Positions 63,410-64,000 of a DNA stretch of 64,000 nucleotides are shown here, in pieces. Below the pieces are notes generated by a model that saw only the letters and a list, made by a program, of their open reading frames with translations, made no database searches and had not been told where the DNA came from. The stretch is from Lama guanicoe (Eukaryota). Both the position numbers and the translations under genes were made by a program. The DNA lies in NCBI GenBank assembly GCA_013239625.1, contig PNXV01000239.1:1-64000 (forward strand), written 5' to 3'. Every line of letters begins with the position of its first letter. Positions within the stretch are counted from its first letter, which is position 1.

Positions 63410-63765
63410 TCAGACCTGACTGCACTTTATAATCAAATGGGAGCTTTTAAAAACTGCAAGTAACCCAGCCCAGGCCAGCTGAAACCGCATCTCCCGGGCT
63501 GGAGCTGAGCATCAGGAGTTATTAGACTTCCCCAGGGGACTCTAATATGCAGCCAGGGTGGAAGACCTGTGGTCTAGATCAGAGCTACTCAGAGTGCGGG
63601 CTGGACCAGCAGGATCATGGGCATCACCAGGAAGCTTGTTAGAAATGCAAATTTTTAGGACCCACCCCAGCCCTAAGAATCAGATCCTGGGGTGGAGCCC
63701 AGAAACACGTGTTTTCACCAGCCCTCTCTGTGAAGCTGATGCTAGCCAAAGTTTGACAGGCACAA
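63410..63765. mobile_element. Two adjacent MER5-type MITEs separated by the 8-bp site gtctagat (63572-63579)
   Basis: The first ends ccccaggggactctaatatgcagccaggg...; the second has gcatcaccaggaagcttgttagaaatgcaaatt...gctagccaaagtttga. Confidence 0.8.
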
Positions 63766-64000
63766 GCTCACTTCTGGGGCCCCTCCCAGTCTGCGGCTCT
63801 GGTTTAGAGATGCTCGGCTGTTTATGACAACTCCATCCTGGGTTTGAAGAATCAGTGTTGTTTCTTCTGTGTCAGTATGTGGTTCATGCATATCATTTTC
63901 AGTAATGAAGGACCGGCCTATATGTTCCATTACTTATGTGATCACTAAGCCAGAACACTTGGATTCTTCGGTAGCAATTGACAAAGCGTGCTGGGGAAGA

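Overview
This is mammalian intronic DNA. The window lies entirely inside GABBR2 (GABA-B receptor subunit 2) on the + strand and carries five coding exons of 61, 81, 151, 133 and 108 nt. All five have canonical AG/GT ends and consistent phases. They correspond to human exons 8-12 (numbering recalled) and encode the end of the Venus-flytrap domain, the stalk, TM1-TM3 and the start of ICL2. The remainder is intron filled with old repeats (MIR, L2, L3, L1M, MLT1, LTR16/33, MER21, MER2, MER5, MER33, MER63), two younger antisense L1 3' ends, and a single tRNA-Ala-derived SINE of the camelid type, which suggests camel, alpaca or llama. There is no prokaryotic system, CRISPR array or intact transposon, and almost all ORFs in the track are chance ORFs. 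The most notable unexplained structures are: (1) a candidate 27-nt in-frame neural microexon or recursive splice site in intron 8; (2) a ~118-bp inverted duplication whose mismatches are mostly G:U-compatible in the sense RNA; (3) an exact inverted copy of at least 49 bp of an ancient L2 fragment. Repeat family names come from recalled consensus sequences by eye, and their boundaries are approximate unless a TSD or terminus is quoted.
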